Shown here: positions 35,421 through 49,000 of the stretch, piece after piece
Layout: every line of letters starts with the position of its first letter
Numbering within the stretch: position 1 is the first letter of the stretch
DNA from: Mobula hypostoma
Taxonomy: Eukaryota
Length of the DNA: 64,000 bases
Direction: 5' to 3'
Assembly: GCF_963921235.1 (NCBI RefSeq)
Contig: NC_086097.1
Location: 221,900,001-221,964,000, forward strand
The notes under the pieces: model-generated
Databases searched by the model: none
The model's input: only the letters and a program-made list of their open reading frames with translations
What the model was told of the DNA's origin: nothing
Program-made: the position numbers and the translations under genes

Positions 35421-37069
35421 CAAGGATCTTGGTGATTGTAGTGCTGACTTGCAGCAGACTGAAAAGCTCGAGCATGTAGATATTAAGAAAGAGGATATGC
35501 TGGAGCTTTTGGAAAGCATCAAGTTGGATAAGTCACCGGGACTGGATGAGATATACCCCAGGCTACTGTGGGAGGTGAGGGAAGAGATTGCTGAGCCTCT
35601 GGCGATGAGCTTTGAATCATCAATGGGGTTGGGAAAGGTTCCGGAAGATTGGAGGGTTGCGGATGTTGTTCCTTTATTCAAGAAAGGGAGTAGAGATAGC
35701 CCAGGAAATTATAGACCAGTGAGTCTTACCTCAGTGGTTGGTAAGTTGATGGAGAAGATCCTGAGAGGCAGGATTTATGAACATTCAGAGAGGTATAATA
35801 TGATTAGGAATAGGCAGCATGGCTTTGTTAAGGGCAGGTCGTGCCTTACGAGCCCGATTTAATTTTTTGAGGATGTGACTAAATGCATTGATGAAGGAAG
35901 AGCAGTAGATGTAGTGTATATGGATTTCAGCAAGGCATTTCATAAGGTACCCCCTATTGAGAAAGTAAGGAGGCATGAGATCCAAGGGGTCATTGCTTTG
36001 TGGATCCAGAACTGACTTGCCCACAGAAGGCAAAGAGTGGTTGTAGATATTCTACATGGAGGTCGGTGTCCAGTGGTGTGCCTCATGGATCTGATCTGAG
36101 ACCCATACTCTTCGTGATTTTTATAAATGACCTGGATGAGGAAGTGGAGGGATGGGTTAGTAAGTTTGCTGATAACACAAAGGTGAGAGGTGTTGTGGAT
36201 AGTGTGGAGGGCTGTCAGAGGTTACAGCAGGACATTGATAGGATGCAAACCTGGGCTGAGAAGTGGCAGATGGAGTTCAACCCAGATAAGTGTGAAGTGG
36301 TTCATTTTCGTAGGTCAAATATGATGGCAGAATATAGTATTAATGGTAAGACTCTTGGCAGTGTGGTGGATCCCTTTGTTCTTGGGGACGGAGTCCATAG
36401 GACACTCAAAGCAGCTGCGCAGGTTGACGCTGTGGTTAAGAAGGCATATGGTGTATTGGCCTTCATTAATCGTGGAATTGAATTTAGGAGCTGAGAGGTA
36501 ATGTTGCAGCTATATAGGACCCTGGTCAGACCCCACTTGGAGTACTGTGCTCAGTTCTGGTCACCTCGCTACGGGAAGGACATGGAAGCCATGGAAAGGG
36601 TGCAGAGGAGATTTACAAGGTTGTCGCCTGGATTGGGGAGCGTGCTCTATGAGAATAAGTTGAGTGAACTTAGCCTTTTCTCCTTGGAACGACGGAGGAT
36701 GAGAGGTGACCCGATACAGGTGTACAAGATGATGAGAGGCATTGATCATGTGGATAGTCAGAGGCTTTTTCCCAGGGCTGAGATGGTTGCCACAAGAGGA
36801 CACAGGTTTAATGTGCTGGGGTGTAGGTACAGAGGAAATGTCAGGGGTAAGTTTTTTACTCAGAGAGCGGTGAGTGCGTGGAATGGGCTGCCGGCAACGG
36901 TGGTAGAGGCGGATACGATAGGGTCTTTTAAGAGACTTTTGGATAGGTACATGGAGCTCAGAAAAATAGAAGGCTATGGGAAAGTCTAGTAATTTCTAAG
37001 GTAGGGACATGTTTAGCACAACATTGTGGGCCGAAGGGCCTGTATTGTGCTGTAGGTTTTCTATGTTTC
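35421..37069 (+). mobile_element. CR1 LINE (family B), 5'-truncated, with stops and frameshifts
   Basis: DKSPGLDEIYPRLL…NYRPVSLTS; GVPHGSDL…FADNTK; LVRPHLEYCAQFWSP; tail ttttctatgtttct. Confidence 0.95.
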
Positions 37070-37450
37070 TTATCTAATCCATAGTTCATGTTAAATCTTT
37101 TGAAAATAGTTCTACCATTTGAATTAATTGTTTTAACTTTACTGATGAAGGAGCTTATAATTTCAAATCCAGCATGTATAGTAGGTGTGTTAAGGTATAA
37201 TTCAATCGGTTGTCTCTAATTTGATACCCTATTTTCATCCAATTCAGTATTTAAGAGAGCAGGTTTAAAGCAAGACAAAACTATAGTGGACTTAGAGAAT
37301 TGCCCTGGAAAATACCTGTTTATTTTGGTAATGATGGCTGTTCTATTTTGGTTGTTAATAGATAGGGTGATTATGGTATGCCAATGTTTCATCAGGAATT
37401 TCACAAGTATTTGGTATATATTGTATTAAGAGCTTCTATTAGCCATGAGT

Positions 37451-38008
37451 ATAGAAACATAGAAACGTAGAAACATAGAAAACATACAGCACAATACAGG
37501 CCCTTCGGCCCACAAAGCTGTGCCGAACACGTCCCTACCTTAGAACTACCTAGTCTTTACCCACAGCCCTCTATTTTTCTAAGCTCCATGTAGCCATCCA
37601 GGAGCCTCTTAAAAGACCCCATCGTTTACACCTCCATCACCGCCACCGGCAGCCCATTCCACGCACTCACCACTCTTGAGTAAAAAACTTAGCCCTGACA
37701 TCTCCTCTGTACCTACTTCCAAGCACCTTAAAACTGTGCTCTCTCGTGCTAGCCATTTCAGCCCTGTCCGGTCCTGATGACTTATCCAATTTGATGCTTT
37801 CCAAAAGCTCCAGCACACCCTTTACCTTAATATCTACATTCCCAAGCTTTTCAGTCTGTTGCAAGTCATTCCTACAATCGCCAAGGTCCTTTCTGTAGTG
37901 AATACTGAAGCAAAGTATTCATTAAGTACCTCTGCTACCTCCTCCAGTTCCATACACACTTTTCCACTGTCACACTTGATTGGTCCTATTCTCTCACATC
38001 TCATCCTC
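37451..38008 (-). mobile_element. CR1 family B with an internal deletion of about 1.2 kb
   Basis: ORF 37667-37864 joins DKSSGPD directly to RAEMASTREHSFKV; tail repeats at 37451-37482. Confidence 0.9.
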
Positions 38009-38706
38009 CCATAACAACTTAATATAACAACTTGAACAATTTCTGCAATTCCACTGAGCTTGATTTTAGAACCACAGAATCTATTAACAACCGTTCTTTA
38101 CGTCCTTTCATACCCGTATGGTATCCTTTCTGCTGTTCTGTAAGTATGTTGTGGTTATCTAAATGAGTGGTTGTTAATTGTGAGATACATGATGCTACAA
38201 TTTTATGTATATATAGTTTATACACAAGAAATAGGATGATATCTTGATGGGTCATTTGTGATTTCTCCTTTAGGTAAGAAATATGTTTGACCTTCTGTCG
38301 AAATATCAGGCATTTTTTTCAGAATTTTTCAGAAAATTGTTACAATGTAGCAATAGCTATGGATGAACACAAGTAAATTTTTTATACCAATAACTATGAG
38401 TATTATCAGAGCAGTACATTTCCAGTTGTGGATATTTTTATAACCACTTTGAGCATATCCATTTTAACTTCAGAATGCATTTTTTTCCTTCCGAATCCAG
38501 CTTGCTTCTTGATTGTCCATCACCTTGTTTAACCAGATATTAGTCCAAAAGTTCATGTTCTGTGTTTGTTGGTAATTCTGTACTAAGGCTGGTGACATTT
38601 TGATGCATCAAATTTAGTTTCAGCATCCTGAACTGATAATTTTGTTTTTATCTTCTGACGCATTTTATGTATCTATTTTCTCTGGCTTTGTATGCACTAA
38701 GCTTTT

Positions 38707-39570
38707 CATAGTCATAGAGTCATTGTCATACTTTATTGATCCCGGGGGAAATTGGTTTTCGTTACAGTTGCACCATAAATAATGAATAGTAATAGAACCA
38801 TAAATAGTTAAATAGTAATCTGTGAATTATGCCAGTAAATTATGAAATAAGTCAGGACCAGCCTATCGGCTCAGGGTGCCTGACCCTCCAAGGGAGGAGT
38901 TGTAAAGTTTGATGGCCACAGGCAGGAATGACTTCCTATGATGCATCTCGGAGGAATGAGTCTCTGGCTGAATGTACTCCTGTGCCCACTCAGTACATTA
39001 TGTAGTGGATGGGAGACATTGACCAAGATGGCATGCAACTTAGACAGCATCCTCTTTTCAGACACCACCATCAGAGAGTCCAGTTCCATCCCCACAACAT
39101 CACTGGCCTTACGAATGAGTTTGTTGATTCTATTGGTGTCTGCTACTCTCAGCCTGCTGCCCCAGCACACAACAGCAAACATGAGCGCACTGGCCACCAC
39201 AGACTCGTAGAACATCCTCAGCATCGTCCGGCAGATGTTAAAGGACCTCAGTCTCCTCAGGAAATAGAGACGGCTCTGATCCTTCTTGTAGACAACCTCA
39301 GTGTTCTTTGACCAGTCCAGTTTATTGTCAATTCGTATCTCCAGGTATTTATAATCCTTCACTATGTCCACACTGACCCCCTGGATGGAAACAGGAGTCA
39401 CCGGTACCTTAGCTCTCCTCAGGTCTACCACCAGCTCCTTAGCCTTTTTCACATTAAACTGCAGATAATTCTGCTCACACCATGTGACAAAGTTTCCTAC
39501 CGTAGTCCTGTACTCAGCCTCATCTCCCTTGCTGATGCATCCAATTATGGCAGAGTCATCCGAAAACTTT
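38707..39570 (-). mobile_element. Rex1/Babar 3' fragment, relatively young
   Basis: 193-aa ORF KAKELVVDLRR…YKYL…SRLYFLRRLRSF…HPLHNVL; (TATGAC)-type tail at 38707-38729. Confidence 0.93.
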
Positions 39571-41189
39571 GTTTTAATATATCTTTAAATTCTACAATGC
39601 TTTTGTTAGGTTGATCATATCTTGTATGGACCTTATACTTCCCTAGTATTTCCTTAGCTTTTCTCTTAATTTTCTTGCTTGGCTTATCCATTTTATACTC
39701 TATTAGGTGGGCTATTTCCGCTCTTAAGGTTTCAAATTTGTTTCTTAATCTCATCTGCTATTTTGGCGTTCTCATTTCATTACTCAGTTTTGGGTTTCTA
39801 TTAATGAGTGCCTCTATTTTGGAGTCATCGCACTGCATCACCGTTAATGTTGCGCAGTATGTTACTGTGTGTAACTCGTCAAATGTTTCAAATTTTAATA
39901 TTAATAATAATTATTATTTTTATGCTTTTTGTATTTGTACAGTCAGTTGTCTTTTACACATTGGATGGGCGGTCATTCTTTGATTCAATGTGTATCTTGT
40001 ATTTACTGTGAATGCTCACAAGAAAATTAATCTCAGGGATGTATATGGTGATACATTATGTATGTGTTTTGATAATAAATTTACCTTGAACTTTGAAAAG
40101 CACAAGATATGAAGAGAACGTGCAAAGCCAAGGCAGACAGCACCTGAGTGCAGGATCAAACCTGAAGTCGTGCCACTATTCCACCCTTGGTTTCACAGTC
40201 AGTGTTGTAGTACAGAAAAATTGGCTACACTTGTGCAGGCTGTAAAGTGTCATGAGCAACAATGTGATAATGCCTAGATAAATCTGCATTTTACTGAAAT
40301 TGGTGATCTTTGGGCGAAGTCCCAGATCATTGAAATGGGTAAACAACACTTGGCTTTGTTTGAAGTTCAGTGCCATTGTCAATGCAGTACACCTTCAGCT
40401 CTTCAATGAAGAGTTGCCCAATGCATTTATCCAAGCCACTGAGTACCTTGCAGGGCACACAGACAGAGTATGAAATCAATTAGAATGCGCTGTGAATCAG
40501 GACTAATTGTGTAACCTATCCTCAAGGTTTCCTGAGTGCAATCTCTGGCTGCTAACGATCCCTCCTGCCTGTCAGCTCGCCTGTCCACATTGCTGGTGTC
40601 CAGATGAAAAGCAGAGCACCAAAGCACAAACAAGGACTTGTCATCACTGTGTCCCCTGTCTTGCCAGGTTCTTCAGTCGTTTTGATGCACTCCTCATAAA
40701 TATCAGTCCCATCTTTCAGAATAAGGTGCTTTTACAACCAAAAGAAAAATAATTCTTTTATTCTTTCTCTCATAGATTCACTCACTTCTATGCCTAAACA
40801 TTCACAACACCATTTCAACTAGTATTGTTAAATAATGCATTTTAAACTTCTTTATTTATAAACAATACCCTATTATTTGCGCCCGTCATATTCGTTTCCT
40901 GTTAGTGAATGGATTGTGCAAAAAATAAATTAATTTTGTCAAATATTATGACAAATGAATGAAGCCACACTGTTCTGAATTTTTATTTGCTTTGATCCAA
41001 AAGGTAATTGCACAAAAACCTTTCAGATCAAAGTAGATGTAAAATAATAGGGTATGGATAGGAAGATGACATTAAATTGGGTAATTTTATATTCTGGAAT
41101 TGATGCTGATTATACTTAAAATAAATATCAAACAATATTTAGGTAATTATTCATTTTGATCTTTAAGTTTACATTATATGCTTGCTGAA

Positions 41190-41715
41190 CACAGTGTTAT
41201 CACCAACAACGATGAGGCAGCCTACAGAGAGGAAATGGAAGAGCCTACCTGCCATCGAGGACAGATATATGAAAAGTGACGGAAAAGGGCCAGTAACATC
41301 AGGAAGGACCCCACCAACCCTGCTAATGAAGAGTTTGTCCCACTACCATTAGGGAAGAGGTTATATAGCATCCACATCAAGACCACCACTCAGAAACAGT
41401 TACTTACCCCAAGCAGTAAGGCTGATCAACACCTCTACCCATTAACTCACCCCTCCACACCCCAAACCACCACTACTTTATCATTTCCTGTCAGTCACGT
41501 TATGTACAGACACTCCTGTGCCTAGTGTCACTTTATGGACATACTATCAATCTATGGAGGTAAGCTATCTGATGCATTTATATTTATTGTGTTTTTTATT
41601 ATTGTGTTCTTTATCTTATGTGTTTGTGCTGTATCAGATCTGGAGTAGCAATTATTTTGTTCTTTACACTTGTGTACTGGAAATGACATTAAATAATAGT
41701 GAATTCTTGAATTCT
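41190..41715 (+). mobile_element. Rex1/Babar 3' fragment, internally deleted
   Basis: atcaccaacaacgatgaggcagcctacagagagga…, …aacagttacttaccccaagcagtaaggctgatcaac; (TCTTGAA)-like tail. Confidence 0.7.
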
Positions 41716-43551
41716 AAAGTAGATTCATATTTATGCTCAAAACTAGGATGAATCCAGAAGTAGTTATTTGCATAGAATAGCGAAATGCGTTATTGGTTTC
41801 ATCTTCGATCACCTAATTCAATGTACATCGATTTAAAATTAAACAAAGATCATCTGATATGAGTAATGAGGGTTATGTTTTAATAGGGGAGGCATTTTTG
41901 AAATACCAGGAAATTTGCTCATCAATCAAACCAGGAGCTTTAAAGAGTGAAGCATTCTCGTTAAACAGTATTTTCATCTGGGGCTCATTAGTCCAAGGAT
42001 TGTTTCACTCTTCTGTTGCTCACTAATGCGCTGCTGGGAGTCAGAACCAGGTGTTCTTTACACTCTGCTTTACTGAAAGCAACTTTATCACTAATCTCCA
42101 TCTACAGCCAGACCCATAAACTTTGACCTCCCACCTTGACATATACTGAGTTATAAAATAGTAAAATGAAGGGCAAAATAATATGACTTAACTCTAAATT
42201 TACTTATACAGGTAGCGTACAAAAACAATTCTTAATATTATTTTGACAACCTTCTATACATTATTCTATGATGTACATGAGCAAAAGCATGGTGATTATT
42301 GGAAATCTTAAAAAAATTATGGTTTGAATAGATTTATAACAAAACCGCTTATACAAAGGTTTCTTCTGTAACCTTAAGCAATGTTTGACCTCTTAGTTGT
42401 GACCACTTAATCTATGGTCCTGTATGGACCAAATCTCCAGGTACAAGAAGAAAGTATTAATAGATGCCTACTGCACTTTCCTTTTAGAATCTCCTAGGAT
42501 ATTTCAAAGAGACAAGTTAAGAACAAGCATGAGTAAGAAAGCTGAAAACAATGATATGTAACTGGAAATTGTCTCCAGACCTTAGCATTGAGAACAGCAT
42601 TGAAAGAACAGTTGGCATTTGGAAACAATATAGAATGAAATGCCGCATTGTTTTTACCCATAAAGATTACTGTTGCTGTCATTTTAATTTATTAATGATG
42701 AACATAGAGTCACTATCAGCTGGAATGCATTAATACAGTGATCACTGTCAGAGGTCCATAATTTTATTTTCCCAAGATTTACATCTCTAGAACCTCACTG
42801 CATGTCAGCCTGCATATAACCTCAAAAAGATCAACTAATATGTTCAAGAATTATGCTTTTTGTTCTTTGCAGTTTGTTTTGAATACTTTTCCATGCTGCA
42901 TTTTAATCAAGCACAGGTGTATATTCCCAAAGTGAGAGTATTTTCCAGCAGATTTTAGAACTAGTACAGTTTGACTGTCACAGCTTGGCTAGTAGCTGTG
43001 GCAAATCCAATTCTGAATTATTTGCCCATTACTACTGTTTACCCAAGGGTAAAATAAAGCTATGTTGTGAAGCATTGAGCACTGTAACATCCTGATGCAC
43101 ATGTCAACTCCTGACAGATGGTGGTCGCTGAGAAACTTATTGAATGCGTCATTTGTATAAGCAGCCAGTGTCGAAAACCAACCAGTTTGCAGGTGCATGC
43201 TCTGTGGAATTTTGTCTACACTTATTAATGAATGTAGGGAAATATTCCTGGGAAAAAACTAACATGAGATCAGATTTTCGTATTAGATGATGTTATGCTG
43301 CTTTTACATTTTCTGGTGTCAAAGTAGATTCCCATATTTCTTTAACAAGATGACATGTGTGCAGCTTCGTTTACAAAAGAATATGGTTTAATCTTTATAA
43401 CGTAGAACTTGAGAATTTTAATGGTAGTATGATATCTAAAATTTTGTAAAGGTTAAAATCATGGTGTTTATTTTCTTTATATAGTCATTTTCTATGATCA
43501 TCTTTCACTGAAAATAGCGAACCATAAAAAAGAACTCTTTTCAGTTTGTTT

Positions 43552-43838
43552 AAACGCAAACAACAGGAATTCTGCAGATGCTGGAAATTCAAGCAACATA
43601 CATCAAAGTTGCTGGTGAACGCAGCAGGCCAAGCAGCATCTATAGGAAGAGGTGCAGTCGACGTTTCAGGCCGAGACCCTTCGTCAGGACTAACTGAAGG
43701 AAGAGTGAGTAAGGGATTACTCACTCTTCCTTCAGTTAGTCCTGACGAAGGGTCTCGGACTGAAATGTCGACTGCGCCTCTTCCTATAGATGCTGCTTGG
43801 CCTGCTGCGTTCACCAGCAACTTTGACGTATGTTGCTT
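43552..43838. repeat. Penelope-like inverted pLTR pair forming a palindrome (122-bp arms, 4-nt spacer)
   Basis: 43591-43712 is the reverse complement of 43717-43838 with 4 mismatches by my count; spacer GGGA. Confidence 0.92.
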
Positions 43839-44859
43839 TTCAGTTTGTATTTGTTTTGAAAAAGTGCTGGACGCTTAGCAATTGTATTCTCATTTGAAAA
43901 CTATTAAGAACAATAAACAGCCAAGACAGAATTTCAGAGCTGGGATTGCATCAAAATTCACAAAAAAGGAGGATACAGTGACTTTTTCTCTCAGAGGCCA
44001 AGTTACAGGAATTGATTTCAGCAACGGGGCAAAAATTCTCAACGCAGGAACTTCACCGCATATGCAAATTCCACTTTTTTTTCCCCTTAGTAGAGAATAC
44101 ACATGTATCAGTGTAGGAGCTCCATGCAGATTGTAGAACTGTATATTGCTCACTTATGATATGCTTATTCATTCACAGAACCTGTTGCTGGGAAGGCAAA
44201 CATTTTTAACCCATCCTTAAGTCACCCTTTGGAATTGAGTTGTCATCTTGAACTCTTACAACACATGAGATGAAAGTACCCCCCTAATACCCAAAAGAAG
44301 GAAATTCCAGTATTCAGTGGTAAATGGTAAATGAATCATGACAGATCTCCAAATCAGTCCAGTCTATAACTTGGAGGAGAATGGACTTGGTGATATTTTT
44401 CTGTCTCTGCTGTCCTAATCCTTGCAAGTGACAGAGATCAGATATTTGGAAGGTGCTGTCTGCAGCAACGCAAGGAGATGTGTTGCTTGTAAGTTTGTTG
44501 AAGGAACTTAACATATGATTCTGGTATTGCATCATATGGTAACTGGAGTCTAATAGGTCAAACACTTCAAGTAACTAGCATTTGCCTTCCGCTTTGGATA
44601 ATGAGTGGAAAGGGTTAGCAACCAAAAAAAATCCTGGGGTTTATAGGTTTCATTAGTTTCTGAAACCTCCTTATTTTCAGATTAATGAAAAACTAAGTCA
44701 CCAGGAGAAAGTTTATTGGAAGCTTATAAGAAAATTGATACTGGATTAAAAAACTACATGCACAAGTTGTATTAATTAAACATGCAACATTCCAGTTTTA
44801 AATTTCTATTTGTACCTTAGATATTCAAGCTCAGTTCTGTTTTCATTGCTCAGATGTAT

Positions 44860-45765
44860 ATTAAAAATAGATTTTAGAGACTCAGATGTAGGAAGCAGAG
44901 CTTGATGGTTAAAAATTGTTTCTCTGAATACAGGCTGGTGACTAATGATGTGCCTCAGGGTTGGTTCAGTGTTGGGACCACTGTATTTGCCATTTATAAA
45001 ACACACGAGGCTTGAGCAGTGAGTTCGCAGATGACACGAAGTTAGGTGTTGTTGTTGATGTTGACAAATATTATTGAAAATTACAGAACAATTTTGATCA
45101 CTTAGGGATATGGCCTGTGGAGCGACAAATTGATTTCAATAATGATAAGTATGAGGTGATGCATTTCAGAAAGTCAAAACAGAGTAGAGTACTAGGGAGT
45201 ATAATGGAACAGATGGACCTACTTCATTGAATGTTGCATCACTGGGGACAGGTTAGTGAAAGAACAGGTTATAACATACTGGCCTTCACCTTTAAGGATA
45301 AAAGTTGGGACATTATATTGCAGCTGTACAAGCCATCAGTGAGACTGCACTAGATGTACTGTAAGACAGTTTAGTCACCCTGTGAGCAATAATTACAGGG
45401 CAATCATTCGGAGGTGTAGAAATGTCAAGAATAGAGTGAATAGTAACTACTACCTTATCTTGCTTTTAAAGTGACCCAGCATGCTAACAACTACATCCCT
45501 TTAGAAAAGAGATGAAGACAGATTTCTTTGTCCAGAGGGTGGTGAATCTGTGGAAATTATTGCAACAGATGGCTGTAGAGGCCAAGTCATTAGGTATGTT
45601 TAAAATAGAGGTTGACAGGTTCTTGATTAGTAAGGGTGTTAGAAGTTACAAGGAGAAGGCTTGAGAATGGGTTTGAGAAGGATAATAAATCAGCCATGAT
45701 GGAATGACGGAATGGCTCGATGGGCCAAATGGCATAATTCTGCTTCTCTGTCTTACGGTCTTATG
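44860..45765 (+). mobile_element. CR1 fragments (old RT piece plus 3' end)
   Basis: gtgcctcaggg…gttgggacca, ttcgcagatgacacgaag (FADDTK), CR1 3' UTR ending tcttacggtcttatg. Confidence 0.8.
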
Positions 45766-45777
45766 AATGAGACCAAT

Positions 45778-46096
45778 AAATAAATAAATAAATGCATCTG
45801 TTAGTCTTGCGAGACCATGGATCTGCACCTGGAAAGTCTTCATTCTCCAGGGTGCAGGCCTGGGCAAGATTGTATGGAAGATCGGCAGTTGCCCATGCTG
45901 CAAGTCTCCCCTCTCCACGACACCGATGTTGTCCAAGGGAAGGGCAAGGGCCGATACAGCTTGGCACCAGTGTCGTCGCAGAGCACTGTGTGGTTAAGTG
46001 CCTTGCTCAAGGACACAACACGTTCCCTCGGCTGGGGCTCGAACTCACAACCTTCAGGTCGCTAGTCGAATGACTTAACCACTTGGCTACGTGCCC
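45778..46096 (-). mobile_element. tRNA-derived SINE with RTE-type 3' part and (TTTA)n tail
   Basis: A box TAGCCAAGTGG, B box GTTCGAGCC; TSD AATGAGACCAAT (45766-45777 / 46100-46111); 3' part of about 190 bp shared with 54526-54713. Confidence 0.88.
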
Positions 46097-49000
46097 ACAA
46101 ATGAGACCAATGAGACCAATACAAATATGAGTCAATGAGTGTATTTTCAGAATTTATGTCATCTTTGAATCTAACATTAAATTACAGTAAAATCTCTAAA
46201 CTTACTGACCAAGTTGTAAAGTGATACAAATTTGTTTTGTTCAAGTTGCACATGTGAATGAAGAAAGGCCTATTTTCAATACAGGTTTTGTGGAACTTAC
46301 GGAGTAGTAATAACTATAAAAACAGCCCAGAAGGAAAATGAAGCAAAAAACATCCTCTGAACTAATTCTTAGAACAGGATCTTTTAAAACAGAAATTGCA
46401 GTACCAGAAATCCTGACCTGATAGAGCTTCAACAGTGTGTATGACATCATATGGTTCAGTTCATCTGATAGTAGAGTTGATGAGTACCTCTGGTATTGCA
46501 TGAGTAAGCATCCAAAGTTCTCCATGCTTGTTGTTGGCCTTTATTTAAGCTAGTGCGCTTGGTGCCTGAACCATACTGAGTTAATGGACACCAGGGCCTG
46601 GGAATCTCTCAGTGCCCTTTTAACTTATTGTTAGTAATCTCCTACCATTACCTCAAGAAAGCTTTAAAAAATCTACACAAAATTCATTAGTACCTTTATC
46701 AAAACTGCACATAGGTTCCGTCACATAACTTTTTTTCAGAAACTTCATACATTACGAGTTGAATTACCTGTGTCAATAGCACAATTTTTCCTAGCACTGA
46801 TGTCAGAGTCCCATCACATCATAACCCAGTGTTGATACGTAAAAGACATTCCCTCTTCCTACAAGGTGATTCCAATTCTGTACATTTGTTGAAAATGCAA
46901 GCGTTTTAACTGATTTTTATTGAACAAATACAAATTCATTCATGTTAGAGTTTCCTAACCTCAAAGGCAGATCAGTTATGCCATTGGCTTGGAGATAATG
47001 TGATTATTTCAGAACAATTCAATACATTGATGCAAAAAACATGAAATGGACTCACTTATGAAGGAAAACATGCAACAGGAAGACTGGACAGTTTTATTCC
47101 AATCTATGGCAATTTGTTCTGTTCCAAGCTATAATAATTTGAACAATAAATAGGTAAAGATTCTCTTTAAACACAAGAGAATCTGTAGATTCTGGAAATC
47201 TTGAGCAACACTCACGAAAACTATTTCCCTCCGTAGATGCTGCCTAACTTGCTGAGTTACTCCAGAATTACCTTCATATTTGCAATGTTCATAAACAAAG
47301 ATCTTCTTAGTGAGGATGTGGTATATTGTGTGGTGTCATATAGTAATAATTCTGGTTGAGGAGATTAGACTTTAGAGTGTACAGGGCAGAGTTCTTCATA
47401 TTCTTATAGTTCTGTGAACCTGTGTGCTGACAGACGATGTCTCATCTTAGAAGGTGGTACAGTAAGAAACAATTGGGGAAAAAAATGGGTAACAAGCAAC
47501 ATCCTGCAGCTGCTGGAGATCTAAAACAAAAACCAAAAGTTTTGGATGTTCAGACAACATCCGCGGACGGAGGAATGAAGTTAGCATTTTGGATTGATGA
47601 TATTTAGATAAAAGCTGATCATTAGAAATCAGAAATTTTTGACTGCCTCTTGGTTGCCAACTTTGGAAATGAGAGCCCCTCTTCCCAACTCCAGAAGACA
47701 AATACAAATATACAGTATTGTGATCACATTGCCTTCATTATGTTTATGCTTGGGCCCTGACAAGCATCAACACCTGCCCTGTCAGAATGCATGGGTTAAA
47801 AATTTCCAATAGCGTATTTTGCATCTGCATGTGTAACGGAACCACCCGTGACCCAGATCTGGTGGACTGGGGCCTTTGTGTAGTTGAGCTAGCCCAACAG
47901 TGATTGGAAGAAGAATGTGCATTGACCAACATGATGAGTTTGGACAGAACAGTGACCTTCAAAATGAGAGGTCATGAAAGCATGATGCTGGTAAAATTGT
48001 TTTGTATCAGGGCAGCCCATGGAAATATTATGTTATTACTTTTGATGCAAGAAAACTACAGAATATCAGACTGTATTGCGAGACAACTGTGGGAAATTTC
48101 TCTATATTATTCCATTTGAAAACCCTCTATCAATCTCGTACCCATTGAGCTCTCCCAATGCCCCAAGACCTCAGTAGATCTGGTGAGAATTCATTACCTT
48201 CTCTAGAGGCAGAATGTTTCCTGTGGGAGCTGAAGACTTACCAAAAAGTAACTTACTTTAGCCTCAGAAGGGAGTTCAAGCAAAACTATCAGAAATTTCT
48301 TGGGAGCTATTCCCATGATTCTAACAAAATGGAGCTGAGCTGACTAGGAACTATTACAATAAATCCACCACTTAAGTATAATATTATCAGAATGCAAATA
48401 GGTAAGAGAAATCAACCTTATTCCCCACTCAGGAGAGCCAGACAGTAAGGTGGAAGCTGTATTATTTGCCTCTGTCCATTTTGTGTTGAGCCATTAAATT
48501 GCTTATGATGTAGACTTTGACAGGCCTCAGTGTAAGCTCCTCAGCTGTTGCTGCAGTTGATGCCTCTGCTATCCGGTTCTAGATCTTTATCTGAAAATTT
48601 CCAGTCACGGGTTATTGCCTGCATCATATATCCAAGAGCCTCACAGCTGTCTTCTGAAGATTGCCAGCAGCCTGATAACTATAAAACAAAAACCATCAAA
48701 AAGCATTTACAGCCCATTCTCAGCTGTGAGAAAGAAATGGCATTGTGATTGAGTAATGGAATAATGATACCCTGGATTTGATGCATCTTAGTGAGAAAAT
48801 TGAAAGTGACATATTGGAAACTAGTCAATCTATGACCACTAAAAAAGCTTATTTTGAAGTTTTAAAATCATTTTTATTGCCTTGTTGCAATGAAAGCAAG
48901 AGTATTATGGGATACTTTAATAAACACTAAAACTTTAAATTTACTTTCATTTATTGCATTCATGTTATTGTGTCGGATTTAGCAGGACTAAGCAATAACT

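Larger units (their letters stand above)
34621..39890 (-). mobile_element. R4/Dong-clade non-LTR retrotransposon, decayed, in four pieces (34621-35420, 37070-37450, 38010-38706, 39570-39890)
   Basis: NILTEQQKG…ERLLIDSV; GNSLSPL.FCLALN; THLLYMLDLK (YMDD position); GLDK|CRTLN; KYLG; RAVNTFVIP…W; RLTLP.TEGGRG; FPETG. Confidence 0.82.

Noticed and set aside
43485..43878. Similar ORFs on both strands (LVNAAGQAASIGRG…)
   Set aside because: Artefact of the palindrome; the sequence is non-coding Penelope pLTR.
46025..46096. Possible tRNA gene
   Set aside because: A and B boxes are present but the anticodon and acceptor stems pair poorly, and it sits within a TSD-flanked SINE with a tail.
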